From Candidatus Saccharicenans sp. (GTDB lineage Bacteria; Acidobacteriota; Aminicenantia; Aminicenantales; Saccharicenantaceae): a DNA stretch of 64,000 bases. The DNA is taken from contig JAGOPD010000004.1 of the NCBI GenBank assembly GCA_017992175.1, forward strand, positions 29,477 through 93,476, written 5' to 3'. This document shows positions 34,823 to 44,137 of this stretch, piece after piece. The number at the start of each line of letters is the position of its first letter. The stretch's first letter is position 1. The notes beneath the pieces were generated by a model. The model worked only from the letters and a program-made list of their open reading frames with translations, did not search any database and had not been told where the DNA came from. The translations under genes and the position numbers were made by a program.

Positions 34823-37800
34823 ATGAAATTCTTTATTGACCGCCCGGTTGCCACCCTGATGATCTATTTATCACTATTAGCTCTCGGCCTCTATTCTCTT
34901 TTCCATATTCAATTAGAACTGGCTCCGCAGGAAGATTTTCCTCAGGTGGAGGTTACGGCCAGCTGGCCTGGCACCTCGCCCGAAGTTGTCCAGACTCAGG
35001 TCACTTCCCTGCTGGAAGAAGCAGTTCTGTCGGTCAAAGGGGTGCGAAAATTGACCTCGACTTCTGAGATAGGCACAGCCAGTCTGACGGTTGAGTTTCA
35101 GCCAAAAACTGATCTGGAGATGGCTAATCTGGCTTTAAGAGAAGCCTTAGGCCGGACCTTGCCCGAGTTGCCTTATGGGGTCAAGCCCATAGTTGTGCCC
35201 TACGTCCCGGAGGATTTCAGAGTCCGGCCTTTCCTGACTTACACCATTTCGGGTAATTATCCTCTTCAAACTTTAAGAGAACTGGTCAAAGATAAACTGG
35301 AAAACGGCCTGGGTTCAATCAGCGGTGTTTCTAAAGTCGAAGTCAGCGGCGGATCTGATCTTAATGTCAGAATTACTCTTGACCAGAAAAAGCTCAAAGA
35401 TCTCGGTCTTCATCCTTACCTGATATCTACAGCTCTGAGGCGAGTTTTGACTGTTTATCCATCAGCCCGGATTCGAAAGGGCCAGGAAGAATACCTGTTG
35501 CGGGTGGCCATTGCCCCCAGAGATATTAAAGGCCTCGAAGAGTTAGTGATTACTCAGCTGGGCGGGGTCCCAATTCGAATCAAGGATGTGGCTGAGGTTA
35601 GGCTGGAATATGCAGATATCTATTATCTAAACCGGATCAACGGCCAGCCGACAATTATGCTCCAGGTTCTGAAGGAAAAAGGGAAAAATACCCTTCAGGT
35701 GGCTAAGGAAGTCAAGAACCGGCTGGAAGCCGTCAAAAGTAACCTGCCTTCTGATCTGATTTTCAGGGTGGTAGATGATGAAAGTGAGGAAATTCAAAAG
35801 AATCTAAATAACCTTTATCTTTTAATTGTCACCATTACCGCTCTGATTTTTCTGATGATCTTTGTCGTCATCCGCCGCCTGCTGCCCTCTCTTCTGATTC
35901 TGTCGTCGGTGGCCTTTTCGACTATCATTTCTTTCAATTTTATTTATCTCTTTAAGATTTCCATGAACATGTTAACCCTGGGGGCTCTGGCTCTGGGTTT
36001 TGGCATGTTCGTTGATAATGCCATCGTCGTCTTTGAAAACATTCTCAGGCTGCGTGAATCAGGCCTGGAGCCGGTGGAGGCCGCGACCCGCGGGGCCCGG
36101 GAGGTATTCACACCGGTTCTGGCTTCGACCCTAACCACCATAGGAGTTTTCTTTTGCTTTCCTTTTTTCCAGGGCCGCTTGCGCATCTATTATCTCCCCC
36201 TGGGCATCGTCATGGCTATCGCCCTCCTGACTTCACTCCTGGTGTCCTTTTCTCTGATTCCGGCCCTCAGTCCTAAACTCCTTTTTGTCAGAAAGAAAAG
36301 ACCAGCTAAACCGGGCAGGCTAAGTGTGGACAAAGTCCTGCACTTCTGCCTCAAACATCCAGTAGAAATAATTCTAATCGTCGGTTTGATAACTTTTGGT
36401 AGTTATCGCCTGTTCAAAAAAAATGTGGTCATCGGAGAGTTTTTTCGCTGGTATTCGAAAGACAGGCTGACTGTTTATGTGGCTACACCCACCGGAACGC
36501 GCCTCGAAGCAACTGACGATCTAATTAAAAGCTTCGAAGATAAAGCTTTAGCCTACCCCTGTGAAAAAACCATAAACACCCAGGTCACCAGGGAGAGAGC
36601 TTACCTCAATATAACTTTTCCAGCGGAAGTTGAGTTTTCAGCCCATCCTTATATCCTTAAAGATGAGCTAATTCGTCTGGCGACTAATTTTGCCGGGGTC
36701 AGCGTCGGTGTCTATGGTTTTGATCCCCAGGGTTATAGTTCATCGATGAGTGCCGGGCGCTTTTATGATTCGGTTATCAATTTTTATGGCTATAATTTGA
36801 AAAAACTGCAGGATATTGCCGCCGATCTGGAAACCAGATTAAGAAAAAATCCCCGGATAGGAGACATCAAAGCTATCACCGGCCGGTATTACTGGGGAGA
36901 TACCTCCTCCACTGAATATGTCTTAAGGTTAAACCAGCCCGCTCTGGCCCGCTACGACCTGGACCCGAATTATCTTTCCTTCCAGCTGCAGAGTTTACTG
37001 GCCGGAACATTTGGCGTGCCTTTGCAGGCAATTATTAACGATCAAGAAAGATCAATCGACCTTAAATTTCCTGAAGCCGAGAATATGGACTTGATGACCC
37101 TGCAGGAGGCCGAGCTGGTCACCGTTTCCGGCCAGCATCTCAGACTAAAAGATCTGGTTACAGTCGAAGAGAAAGAAATACCGGGTTCAATTTACCGGGA
37201 AAATCAGCAATTTCAGATGATAGTCATGTGGGAATTTAAGGGACCTTACAAGGCTGCTGAAAATTACCGGAAGGCTATCTATTCCTCGCTCAGCCTGCCG
37301 CCTGGTTTCTCAGCTACTATGGAATATGGCTATATGATGACCAGCAGTGAAAAAGCTCAGCTGAAGTTCGGAATCATCGCCGCCCTCATTATCATTTTTA
37401 TCATTCTGGCTTCTCTCTATGAATCATTCATTCAGCCCTTTATCATCATGCTGTCAGTTCCGCTGTCTTTAGTCGGTGTTTTTCTGGCCTTTGTCATTGC
37501 CGGCTATCCTTTTGATTCTTCCGCTTATATAGGTGTCATTCTTTTAGCTGGAATTGTGATCAACAATTCGATCATTCTCGTTGACCACATGAACCTCACC
37601 AGGAAAAACTCTGGCCTGGGGCTGGTTGATTCTGTCGTCAAGGGTAGCCAGGAAAGGATCAGGCCGGTTTTCATGACGACCTCCACCACTCTCCTGGGCC
37701 TGTTACCCATGCTTTTAATTCAGCTTGATACCGGTCAGAGGCAAATCTGGTCAAGCCTGGCTTTAGCCACTCTGGGCGGCCTGACTACCTCTGCCTTTTT

Positions 37801-37873
37801 TATTTTTCTGGTTACTCCCATTTTTTACTATGAGTTCAGCCGGAACAAAGACCGGTCAGAGCCAAAAACTTAG
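34823..37873 (+). CDS. RND efflux permease (AcrB/HAE1-like), paralogue 2
   Basis: 1016 aa. MKFFIDRPVA start, ALALGFGMFVDNAIVVFENI and LLAGIVINNSIILVD motifs. Confidence 0.9.
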   Translation: MKFFIDRPVATLMIYLSLLALGLYSLFHIQLELAPQEDFPQVEVTASWPGTSPEVVQTQVTSLLEEAVLSVKGVRKLTSTSEIGTASLTVEFQPKTDLEMANLALREALGRTLPELPYGVKPIVVPYVPEDFRVRPFLTYTISGNYPLQTLRELVKDKLENGLGSISGVSKVEVSGGSDLNVRITLDQKKLKDLGLHPYLISTALRRVLTVYPSARIRKGQEEYLLRVAIAPRDIKGLEELVITQLGGVPIRIKDVAEVRLEYADIYYLNRINGQPTIMLQVLKEKGKNTLQVAKEVKNRLEAVKSNLPSDLIFRVVDDESEEIQKNLNNLYLLIVTITALIFLMIFVVIRRLLPSLLILSSVAFSTIISFNFIYLFKISMNMLTLGALALGFGMFVDNAIVVFENILRLRESGLEPVEAATRGAREVFTPVLASTLTTIGVFFCFPFFQGRLRIYYLPLGIVMAIALLTSLLVSFSLIPALSPKLLFVRKKRPAKPGRLSVDKVLHFCLKHPVEIILIVGLITFGSYRLFKKNVVIGEFFRWYSKDRLTVYVATPTGTRLEATDDLIKSFEDKALAYPCEKTINTQVTRERAYLNITFPAEVEFSAHPYILKDELIRLATNFAGVSVGVYGFDPQGYSSSMSAGRFYDSVINFYGYNLKKLQDIAADLETRLRKNPRIGDIKAITGRYYWGDTSSTEYVLRLNQPALARYDLDPNYLSFQLQSLLAGTFGVPLQAIINDQERSIDLKFPEAENMDLMTLQEAELVTVSGQHLRLKDLVTVEEKEIPGSIYRENQQFQMIVMWEFKGPYKAAENYRKAIYSSLSLPPGFSATMEYGYMMTSSEKAQLKFGIIAALIIIFIILASLYESFIQPFIIMLSVPLSLVGVFLAFVIAGYPFDSSAYIGVILLAGIVINNSIILVDHMNLTRKNSGLGLVDSVVKGSQERIRPVFMTTSTTLLGLLPMLLIQLDTGQRQIWSSLALATLGGLTTSAFFIFLVTPIFYYEFSRNKDRSEPKT

Positions 37874-37955
37874 GCAGCCTTCTTACCTCCAGCTGCTTTA
37901 AGTTATATAATTCAAGAGCTAAATTTAGAAGGACAGGGAAAAAGGAGAATTACCT

Positions 37956-39302
37956 ATGTGGTGGGAAGACAAGTTAGTCCGGACTTTAAGGTGCCGGCTT
38001 CGGCAGAAACCAGGAGTCCTTGGCGGCCTGTTAAGTATTTTAGGCTCGGAAAATGCCTATGTGGGTGAAATAAAAACCATCCACATGGGAATGAATTTCA
38101 TGGTAAGAGACATCACCATTTTTGCCGACGATGAGGATCATCTCGAAAGGATAGTCAAAGCTGTCCGGGCTTATCCGTCCGCGGAACTTTTAGAAGTCAG
38201 GGATGAGGTGCTGGAAATGCACCAGGGCGGAAAAATTGCTATTCGCAGCCGTTATGAAATTAACAACATCAGCGTGCTCAGGAAAGTCTATACTCCCGGC
38301 GTGGCTGAAGTCAGTCTGTTGATCAAAAATAATCCGGCCTTAGCCCGGCGCTATACGGCTATCAGGCATTTAGTCGCTATAGTAACTGACGGCAGTGCTG
38401 TTCTTGGCCTGGGGGATATCGGGCCGTTGGCTGCCATGCCGGTCATGGAAGGCAAAGCCAGCCTGATGGAGACTCTGACCGGGCTGTCTGCCATGCCAGT
38501 TCTGATGAATACCAAAGACCCGGATAAAATTGTGGAAAGTGTAGTCAACATTGCCCCGACCTTCAGTGCTATTCAACTGGAAGACATTTCGGCTCCACGC
38601 TGCTTTTATATCGAAGAAAACATCCAGAAGAAGCTTCAAATTCCGGTCATGCATGATGATCAGCACGGGACAGCCTGTGTGGTCACAGCAGCTTTAATGA
38701 ATATTTCCCGTCAGCTTGGCTGTGACCTGACCCGGTGTGAGATTGGCGTTATCGGCCTGGGGGCCGCCGGGCTGGCTATCTCTAAAATGCTGATGTTTTA
38801 TCTCAATAAGGCGGTTCGCGGAGCTGACATCAATCCTGAAGCCAGTCAAAGGTTAAAAGAGGCTGGCGGGCTGGCTTCTGATCTGAATGAAATCATGGCC
38901 AGGAGCCAGGTCATTGTAGCCACGACCGGTGCTCCCGGTTTAATAAAAAAGGAGATGGTCAAAAAAGGGCAGATCATTCTCGCCCTGTCCAATCCAAATC
39001 CAGAAATTGAGCCGGAGCAGGCTCTCGAGGCGGGTGCAATTTTCGCAGCCGACGGCAAAACCATTAATAATGTCCTTGGCTTTCCGGGAATTTTCAGAGG
39101 AGCGGTAGATGCCAATGTCTCTAAGATTACCAGGGAAATGTTGATTGCCGCAGCCGGAGCCATAGCTGATTATGCACCAGTAAGCGAAATTGTGCCTGAC
39201 CCCTTGGACAAAGGGCTGCACCGCTGTGTCGCCCGGGCAGTGGCCAGAGTAGCTCTGGAGCAAAAACTCAACCGGGATGATCTGACCGGTTATTTCGACT
39301 GA
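37956..39302 (+). CDS. NAD(P)-dependent malic enzyme with N-terminal ACT-like domain
   Basis: VTDGSAVLGLGDIGPLAAMPVMEGKA, HDDQHGTA and GLGAAG motifs. SD AAAGGAG. Confidence 0.85.
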   Translation: MWWEDKLVRTLRCRLRQKPGVLGGLLSILGSENAYVGEIKTIHMGMNFMVRDITIFADDEDHLERIVKAVRAYPSAELLEVRDEVLEMHQGGKIAIRSRYEINNISVLRKVYTPGVAEVSLLIKNNPALARRYTAIRHLVAIVTDGSAVLGLGDIGPLAAMPVMEGKASLMETLTGLSAMPVLMNTKDPDKIVESVVNIAPTFSAIQLEDISAPRCFYIEENIQKKLQIPVMHDDQHGTACVVTAALMNISRQLGCDLTRCEIGVIGLGAAGLAISKMLMFYLNKAVRGADINPEASQRLKEAGGLASDLNEIMARSQVIVATTGAPGLIKKEMVKKGQIILALSNPNPEIEPEQALEAGAIFAADGKTINNVLGFPGIFRGAVDANVSKITREMLIAAAGAIADYAPVSEIVPDPLDKGLHRCVARAVARVALEQKLNRDDLTGYFD

Positions 39303-39378
39303 TTATGTTCTATCTCGCTTTACTTTGACTAATATCTCCCTGGCCACTTCTTTTATTGCCCCGATCCGGTACCGTTAT

Positions 39379-39407
39379 TTGACAGGGGACAAAAATTTGA
39401 TTATAAA
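39379..39407 (+). promoter_or_regulatory. sigma-70 promoter for the CBS-pair gene
   Basis: TTGACA (39379-39384), 17 bp spacer, TATAAA (39402-39407). It would give a ~90 nt leader. Confidence 0.55.
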
Positions 39408-39501
39408 AATTAGGTAGTAGGAGTAATCACCAGGGGCCAAGCAGTAGCTCTGGTTAGATGAATAAGTTACATAAGGCAAGCTATTCTTTTGAGGAGGGAG
39501 A

Positions 39502-39939
39502 ATGATCACTGTTAAGCAAATGCTGGAGGAAAAGGGGCACGAGGTCTGGACAATTTCCCCCGAGGCCACAGTTTATGAGGCGCTTAAGATTATGGCTGAT
39601 AAAGACATCGGGGCGCTGATTGTGGTCAAGAACGGGCAGGTAGCGGGAATTATCTCTGAAAGAGATTATGCCCGCAAGGTCATGCTCAAAGGTAAGTCCT
39701 CGCTCGAGACACCCGTTAAAGACATCATGTCAACTGAGATTTATTACGTTGGACCTGAAGCCACGGCCGAAGAATGCATGGCTCTGATGACCGAAAAAAG
39801 GATCCGTCACTTGCCAGTTATGGAGAACGGGAAGCTTACTGGCGTAGTTTCGATTGGCGATGTGGTCAAGTCAATCATTTCTACCCAGAAAGTGACGATC
39901 GAGCATCTTCAAAACTATATTATGGGTAAATACCAGTAA
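39502..39939 (+). CDS. CBS-pair domain protein
   Basis: Two CBS motifs (GALIVV..G...GIISERD and HLPVMENGKLTGVVSIGD). 145 aa. SD GAGGAGGGAG. Confidence 0.8.
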   Translation: MITVKQMLEEKGHEVWTISPEATVYEALKIMADKDIGALIVVKNGQVAGIISERDYARKVMLKGKSSLETPVKDIMSTEIYYVGPEATAEECMALMTEKRIRHLPVMENGKLTGVVSIGDVVKSIISTQKVTIEHLQNYIMGKYQ

Positions 39940-39968
39940 GTTTTGAATTAACCTCGAATTTAGAATAA

Positions 39969-40391
39969 TTAAAAAAGGCCGGTTGAGCCGAAGCCCGCCT
40001 CTCCGCGCCTAGTCTCATCAAGGGCTTCAACTTCTACCGGCTCAGGGATTTCAACCGGCTGGATAAGCAGCTGGGCAATTTTCATTCCGCTGGTAATAAC
40101 AAAGGGCTTCTGGCTGAGATTGGTCAGAACTATTTTGACTTCTCCCCGGTAGCCGGCATCAACCACTCCAGCTAAACGGTGAATTCCCTGAAGAGCCAGT
40201 CCGCTCTTATCCCAGACCAGGCCGGCATAACCAAAAGGAATAGCCAGCTCGAGGCCGGTTGGGACAGCGGCTGTTTCCCCTGGACCTATGATCAAGGTCT
40301 GGCAGGAAAAAAGATCAAGACCAGCATCACCCGGGTGATTGTAAACCGGCAGCCTGGCCTCTGGATTTATCTTTTTGACCAGAATTTTCAT
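39969..40391 (-). CDS. dut: dUTP diphosphatase
   Basis: dUTPase motifs GDAGLDL, GLVWDKSG, IDAGYRGE, FGSTG. Confidence 0.85.
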   Translation of the reverse strand: MKILVKKINPEARLPVYNHPGDAGLDLFSCQTLIIGPGETAAVPTGLELAIPFGYAGLVWDKSGLALQGIHRLAGVVDAGYRGEVKIVLTNLSQKPFVITSGMKIAQLLIQPVEIPEPVEVEALDETRRGEAGFGSTGLF

Positions 40392-40405
40392 TTTCCTTCT
40401 CCTTA

Positions 40406-41104
40406 TTAAAGACCTTCTATCCTGACTTCCTCAAAGAAAGGCTTAAGCAGCTCAGCCCAGGCTAAGAGCTGTTCAGGCGGGAAAGGCTTAATTTTAAGAT
40501 AATCAGGATCAATTGTCTTCTGCGGGAAAAATTGTTGAAGCTGAAAAACCCGGGCTCCTTTTAACCAGTCTCCAATGGCCAGCAGATCTTTTTCCTGATG
40601 AATTCCCGGCACCACCGTTGTTCTAAAAATATAGTTAAGCCCGGAATTTCTAATAATCCTGATGCTTTCCTCGATTTTTCCGGTATCAACGGCCACTCCG
40701 GTCACCTCTGGATAGCGGTTTAAAGGTGCCTTGATATCCATAGCCACGGCATCTACCAGCCCATCTTTGATAAGCTGTTGGAGCCCGTCCGGAAAGCTGC
40801 CATTGGTATCTATTTTTAATTTGAAGCCGCGGTCTTTAATGACTCTGGCCAGAACTTCCAGGTCATCATGAAGGAAGGGCTCGCCGCCACTCAAACACAG
40901 GCCATCGAGCCAGCCCCGCCTGGAATCCAGGTAGCTCAGAAAAAAGCTCAGGTCAAAAGAGGGCAGGCTGTCGGGATGTAAAACCAGATCAGAATTATGG
41001 CAAAAGGGACAGCGAAAGTTGCAGCCTGGTAAAAAGACAGTAGAAGAGATCTGCCCCGGAAAATCCTTCGAAGCGAATTTTTCTAAACCCTTGATTTCAA
41101 CCAA
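40406..41104 (-). CDS. nrdG: anaerobic ribonucleoside-triphosphate reductase activating protein (radical SAM)
   Basis: CNFRCPFCHN radical-SAM cluster motif and the GGEP motif (LSGGEPF). It lies downstream of nrdD. Confidence 0.85.
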   Translation of the reverse strand: MVEIKGLEKFASKDFPGQISSTVFLPGCNFRCPFCHNSDLVLHPDSLPSFDLSFFLSYLDSRRGWLDGLCLSGGEPFLHDDLEVLARVIKDRGFKLKIDTNGSFPDGLQQLIKDGLVDAVAMDIKAPLNRYPEVTGVAVDTGKIEESIRIIRNSGLNYIFRTTVVPGIHQEKDLLAIGDWLKGARVFQLQQFFPQKTIDPDYLKIKPFPPEQLLAWAELLKPFFEEVRIEGL

Positions 41105-41349
41105 CCGTCAAGCTCCCCGGCTGAATTTAAGACTTCAACCGGCACCCCATTTTCTTCAATAATCAGGGTGGGAATCAGGACCGCACCAGATTCATCCCGC
41201 CGCAGCAGTTTAACATAATCCCTGATCCTGGACCGGCCCTCTTTGGTGCTGACATTGAACTCTGCGGCCTTAAGCTGGTTGGCCAGCATGAATTCCTTTA
41301 GCCGGTCACATTTGGAACAGCCGGGAAGCGTGAACATCAAAAGATCCAT
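41083..41349 (-). CDS. glutaredoxin/NrdH-like small thioredoxin-fold protein
   Basis: 88 aa with a CxxC motif (PGCSKCDRL) near the N-terminus. It sits between nrdD and nrdG. Confidence 0.6.
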   Translation of the reverse strand: MDLLMFTLPGCSKCDRLKEFMLANQLKAAEFNVSTKEGRSRIRDYVKLLRRDESGAVLIPTLIIEENGVPVEVLNSAGELDGWLKSRV

Positions 41350-41373
41350 CTTTTACTCCTGTTCAATCAGCCA

Positions 41374-43452
41374 TCAAACTATTTTGGTAAAAGTCGCCCG
41401 TTCCTCAAATTCCTGCTTCTTGCCGTCATTCCAGGTGCCGATTGGCCGCAGGTAACCAACAATTCTGGAATAAACCTCGGTTTCACTGCCGCACTCCGGG
41501 CAGGTGCGGTGTTCGCCCCGGATATAGCCGTGACGTTCACAGACGCTGAAAGTGGGAGTGATGCTGAAATAAGGCAGCTTGGTTTCAGCTATTTTCTGCA
41601 CTAACCGCCGGCAGGTCTGCCAGTCAATGGCTTCAGGCAGAAAGGCATGGAAAATCGTTCCGCCGGTATAAAGGGGCTGGATGTCCGCCTGGTGCTTTAA
41701 AGCTTCGAAAATATCCCTGGTAGCATCAACATTAAGCTGAGTCGAGTTAGTCAGATAAGGATGTTGATCGGTACCAGAAGTATAGATATTCTTATATTTC
41801 TCCCGGTCCAACCGGGCTAAACGGTAAGAAGTTGATTCGGCCGGAGAAGCTTCCAGGTTATAAAGATGACCGGTTTCTTCCTGAAAATCTTTGAGTACTT
41901 CCCTCATAAAGTTCATCGTTTCAATGGTAAATTCTTTGCCTTCCGGTGTGCCAATTCCCTGGCCTAATAAATTCAGGCAGGCTTCGTGCATCCCGCAAAT
42001 ACCGATCGTTGAAAAGTGATTTTCAAAATGGCCGAGGTAGACTTTAGTATAAGGCATCAAGCCCCGTTCGAGCATATTATTGACCACTTCTCTTTTGGTT
42101 TCAAGGGCTTCTTTGGCCAGAGTCATCATTTCCCTGAGCTTGTCAAAAAACTCTTCCTTGGATTTAGCTTCATAGCTGAGACGGTTCAAATTGATGGTGA
42201 CCACTCCGATTGAGCCAGTCTGGTCACCAGCTCCCCACATATTGCCAGGACGCCTTTTGAGTTCCCTCATATCCAGGTTCAGGCGGCAGCACATAGCCCT
42301 GATATCACCTGGATTGAGATTGGTCCCAATATAATTCTGAAAATAAGGGATACCGTATTTGGCCGTAGCTTCAAACAACAGGCGGGCATTCGGGCTATCC
42401 CAGTCAAAATCTTTAGTGAGATTATAGGTAGGAATAGGAAAAGTAAAGACCCGGCCTTTCTGGTCGCCTTCAATCATCAATTCGAGAAAAGCCCGGTTAA
42501 GGAGATCCATCTCGGCCTGATAATCGCCATAGACTGAGCCGAGCTCCTTTCCTCCAACAATTGCTTTTTTATTTTTGAGGTCTTCCGGCACTGTCCAGTC
42601 AAATGTCAGATTGGAAAATGGGGTTTGCCAGCCCCAGCGCGAGGGGACATTCAAGCCAAAAACCAGCTTCTGGACGTCCTGTTTGACCTGCTGATAGCTC
42701 AAATGATCGGCTCTGACAAAAGGTGCCAGGAAAGTATCAACGCTCGAAAAGGCCTGGGCCCCGGCAAATTCGGCCTGCATCGTGCCTATATAATTGACCA
42801 TGTGCAGGGTGGCCGTCTCCAGATGTTTGGCTGGATGAGAATGAACCTGATTGGGCACATGGCCAAAGCCCTTTCTCAGCAAATTTTCCATCGACCAGCC
42901 GGCGCAATAACCGACAATCGGGTAGGAAAGATCATGAATATGAAATTCCCCGCTCTGATGAGCCTTTTTTATCCGTTCCGAATATAAATTATTAAGGGCG
43001 AAATTGGCCAGCACCTCGCCCGAAATTCTGGCGTTGAGCCCGGAAAAGCTAACCTGACCTTCATTGCTGTTTTCACGAACTTTCCAGTCCTGGTCATTTA
43101 TATAGTCTTTGATCAGGCGCTCCAGATTGAGTCCTGTCTCCCTGGCTTCCCGGATAGTTTTATGCTTTTCCCGGTAAAGAATATAGGATTTGGCCACTTC
43201 ATGGTAGCCCTGCTTCATCAGGACCATTTCGACTATGTCCTGAATCTGCTCAACAGAGGGAATGGTATAACCGCCGAACTTTTCTTCCAGCATAAAGACC
43301 ACAATATCGGATATATGCTGGGCCTCCATTAAATCATCTGTTCCCTGAGAACACATGGCTTTATAAATCGCTCTGGTAATTTTTTCCTGGGTAAAATCGA
43401 CAATCGAACCATCCCGTTTCTTGATCCTGGACATCTGGTTAGTTTTGACCAT
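41374..43452 (-). CDS. nrdD: anaerobic ribonucleoside-triphosphate reductase (class III) with ATP-cone
   Basis: N-terminal ATP-cone (IKKRDGSIVDF..EKI..AI), C-terminal Zn motif CxxC (CPECGS) and glycyl-radical motif SRIVGYLRP. Confidence 0.9.
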   Translation of the reverse strand: MVKTNQMSRIKKRDGSIVDFTQEKITRAIYKAMCSQGTDDLMEAQHISDIVVFMLEEKFGGYTIPSVEQIQDIVEMVLMKQGYHEVAKSYILYREKHKTIREARETGLNLERLIKDYINDQDWKVRENSNEGQVSFSGLNARISGEVLANFALNNLYSERIKKAHQSGEFHIHDLSYPIVGYCAGWSMENLLRKGFGHVPNQVHSHPAKHLETATLHMVNYIGTMQAEFAGAQAFSSVDTFLAPFVRADHLSYQQVKQDVQKLVFGLNVPSRWGWQTPFSNLTFDWTVPEDLKNKKAIVGGKELGSVYGDYQAEMDLLNRAFLELMIEGDQKGRVFTFPIPTYNLTKDFDWDSPNARLLFEATAKYGIPYFQNYIGTNLNPGDIRAMCCRLNLDMRELKRRPGNMWGAGDQTGSIGVVTINLNRLSYEAKSKEEFFDKLREMMTLAKEALETKREVVNNMLERGLMPYTKVYLGHFENHFSTIGICGMHEACLNLLGQGIGTPEGKEFTIETMNFMREVLKDFQEETGHLYNLEASPAESTSYRLARLDREKYKNIYTSGTDQHPYLTNSTQLNVDATRDIFEALKHQADIQPLYTGGTIFHAFLPEAIDWQTCRRLVQKIAETKLPYFSITPTFSVCERHGYIRGEHRTCPECGSETEVYSRIVGYLRPIGTWNDGKKQEFEERATFTKIV

Positions 43453-43550
43453 TAGCCTCTCCTTCTATTTTTCTCCAATTTTGTTCGTGGTATTGCCCTG
43501 GAAAGCCTGTTTTGTGCTAAAATCTAAACGGAAAAAGGGAAAACATTGAA

Positions 43551-43566
43551 AAACAATATCTTGAGT
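43551..43566. promoter_or_regulatory. NrdR box 1 (promoter-distal)
   Basis: aaacaatatcttgagt matches the 16 bp consensus acaCwAtATaTwGtgt at 13/16 positions. Confidence 0.55.
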
Positions 43567-43582
43567 CATGATCAGCCCTTGG

Positions 43583-43598
43583 ATACTAAATGTTGTGC
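43583..43598. promoter_or_regulatory. NrdR box 2 (promoter-proximal)
   Basis: atactaaatgttgtgc matches the consensus at 12/16. The box-to-box offset is 32 bp, the phasing characteristic of tandem NrdR boxes. Confidence 0.55.
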
Positions 43599-43609
43599 TT
43601 TCGTGCCTT

Positions 43610-43639
43610 AATATAGTTCCAGGTAAAGCCTGATGTCAA
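43610..43639 (-). promoter_or_regulatory. sigma-70 promoter of the nrdD operon
   Basis: The minus strand reads TTGACA (43634-43639), 18 bp spacer, TATATT (43610-43615). The NrdR boxes start ~5 nt after the predicted TSS. Confidence 0.5.
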
Positions 43640-43683
43640 GTTAATTTTGGGAAATATTTAGAAAATTTTTTCAGGGGGAAAAA

Positions 43684-44088
43684 ATGCTTAAACTGGACGT
43701 TATGACCGCCAGACAGGAAGAATTTATTGACCTAACTGATACAGTGGCCCAGGCCGTTCGAATCAGCAAAGTGGCCAGAGGGATAGTTCTGGTCTATGTT
43801 CCCCACACCACTTGCGGTTTGACTATCAACGAAAATGCTGATCCCGATGTGACCGCCGATATTTTGCTGGCCCTGAGAAGAGCTGTGCCTGATAATCTGT
43901 CTTATGCCCATCTTGAGGGGAACTCCACAGCTCATATCAAGGCTTCTCTCACCGGCAGTTCGCTCCAGATTATGGTCGAAGACGGGGAGCTTCAGCTTGG
44001 CCAGTGGCAGGGAATTTTCCTCTGTGAATTTGACGGGCCCAGGAGAAGGCAGGTCTGGGTCCAGGTCATCCCGGATGGCCAGTTATAA
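43684..44088 (+). CDS. YjbQ/UPF0047 family protein (secondary thiamine-phosphate synthase)
   Basis: Typical motifs VPHTTCGLTINENADP and GNSTAHIKASL. 134 aa. Confidence 0.85.
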   Translation: MLKLDVMTARQEEFIDLTDTVAQAVRISKVARGIVLVYVPHTTCGLTINENADPDVTADILLALRRAVPDNLSYAHLEGNSTAHIKASLTGSSLQIMVEDGELQLGQWQGIFLCEFDGPRRRQVWVQVIPDGQL

Positions 44089-44137
44089 TCTATGTCAGTT
44101 AAGCTGGAGAGAAGCGGCAAAAACTTAATGGATAGGT

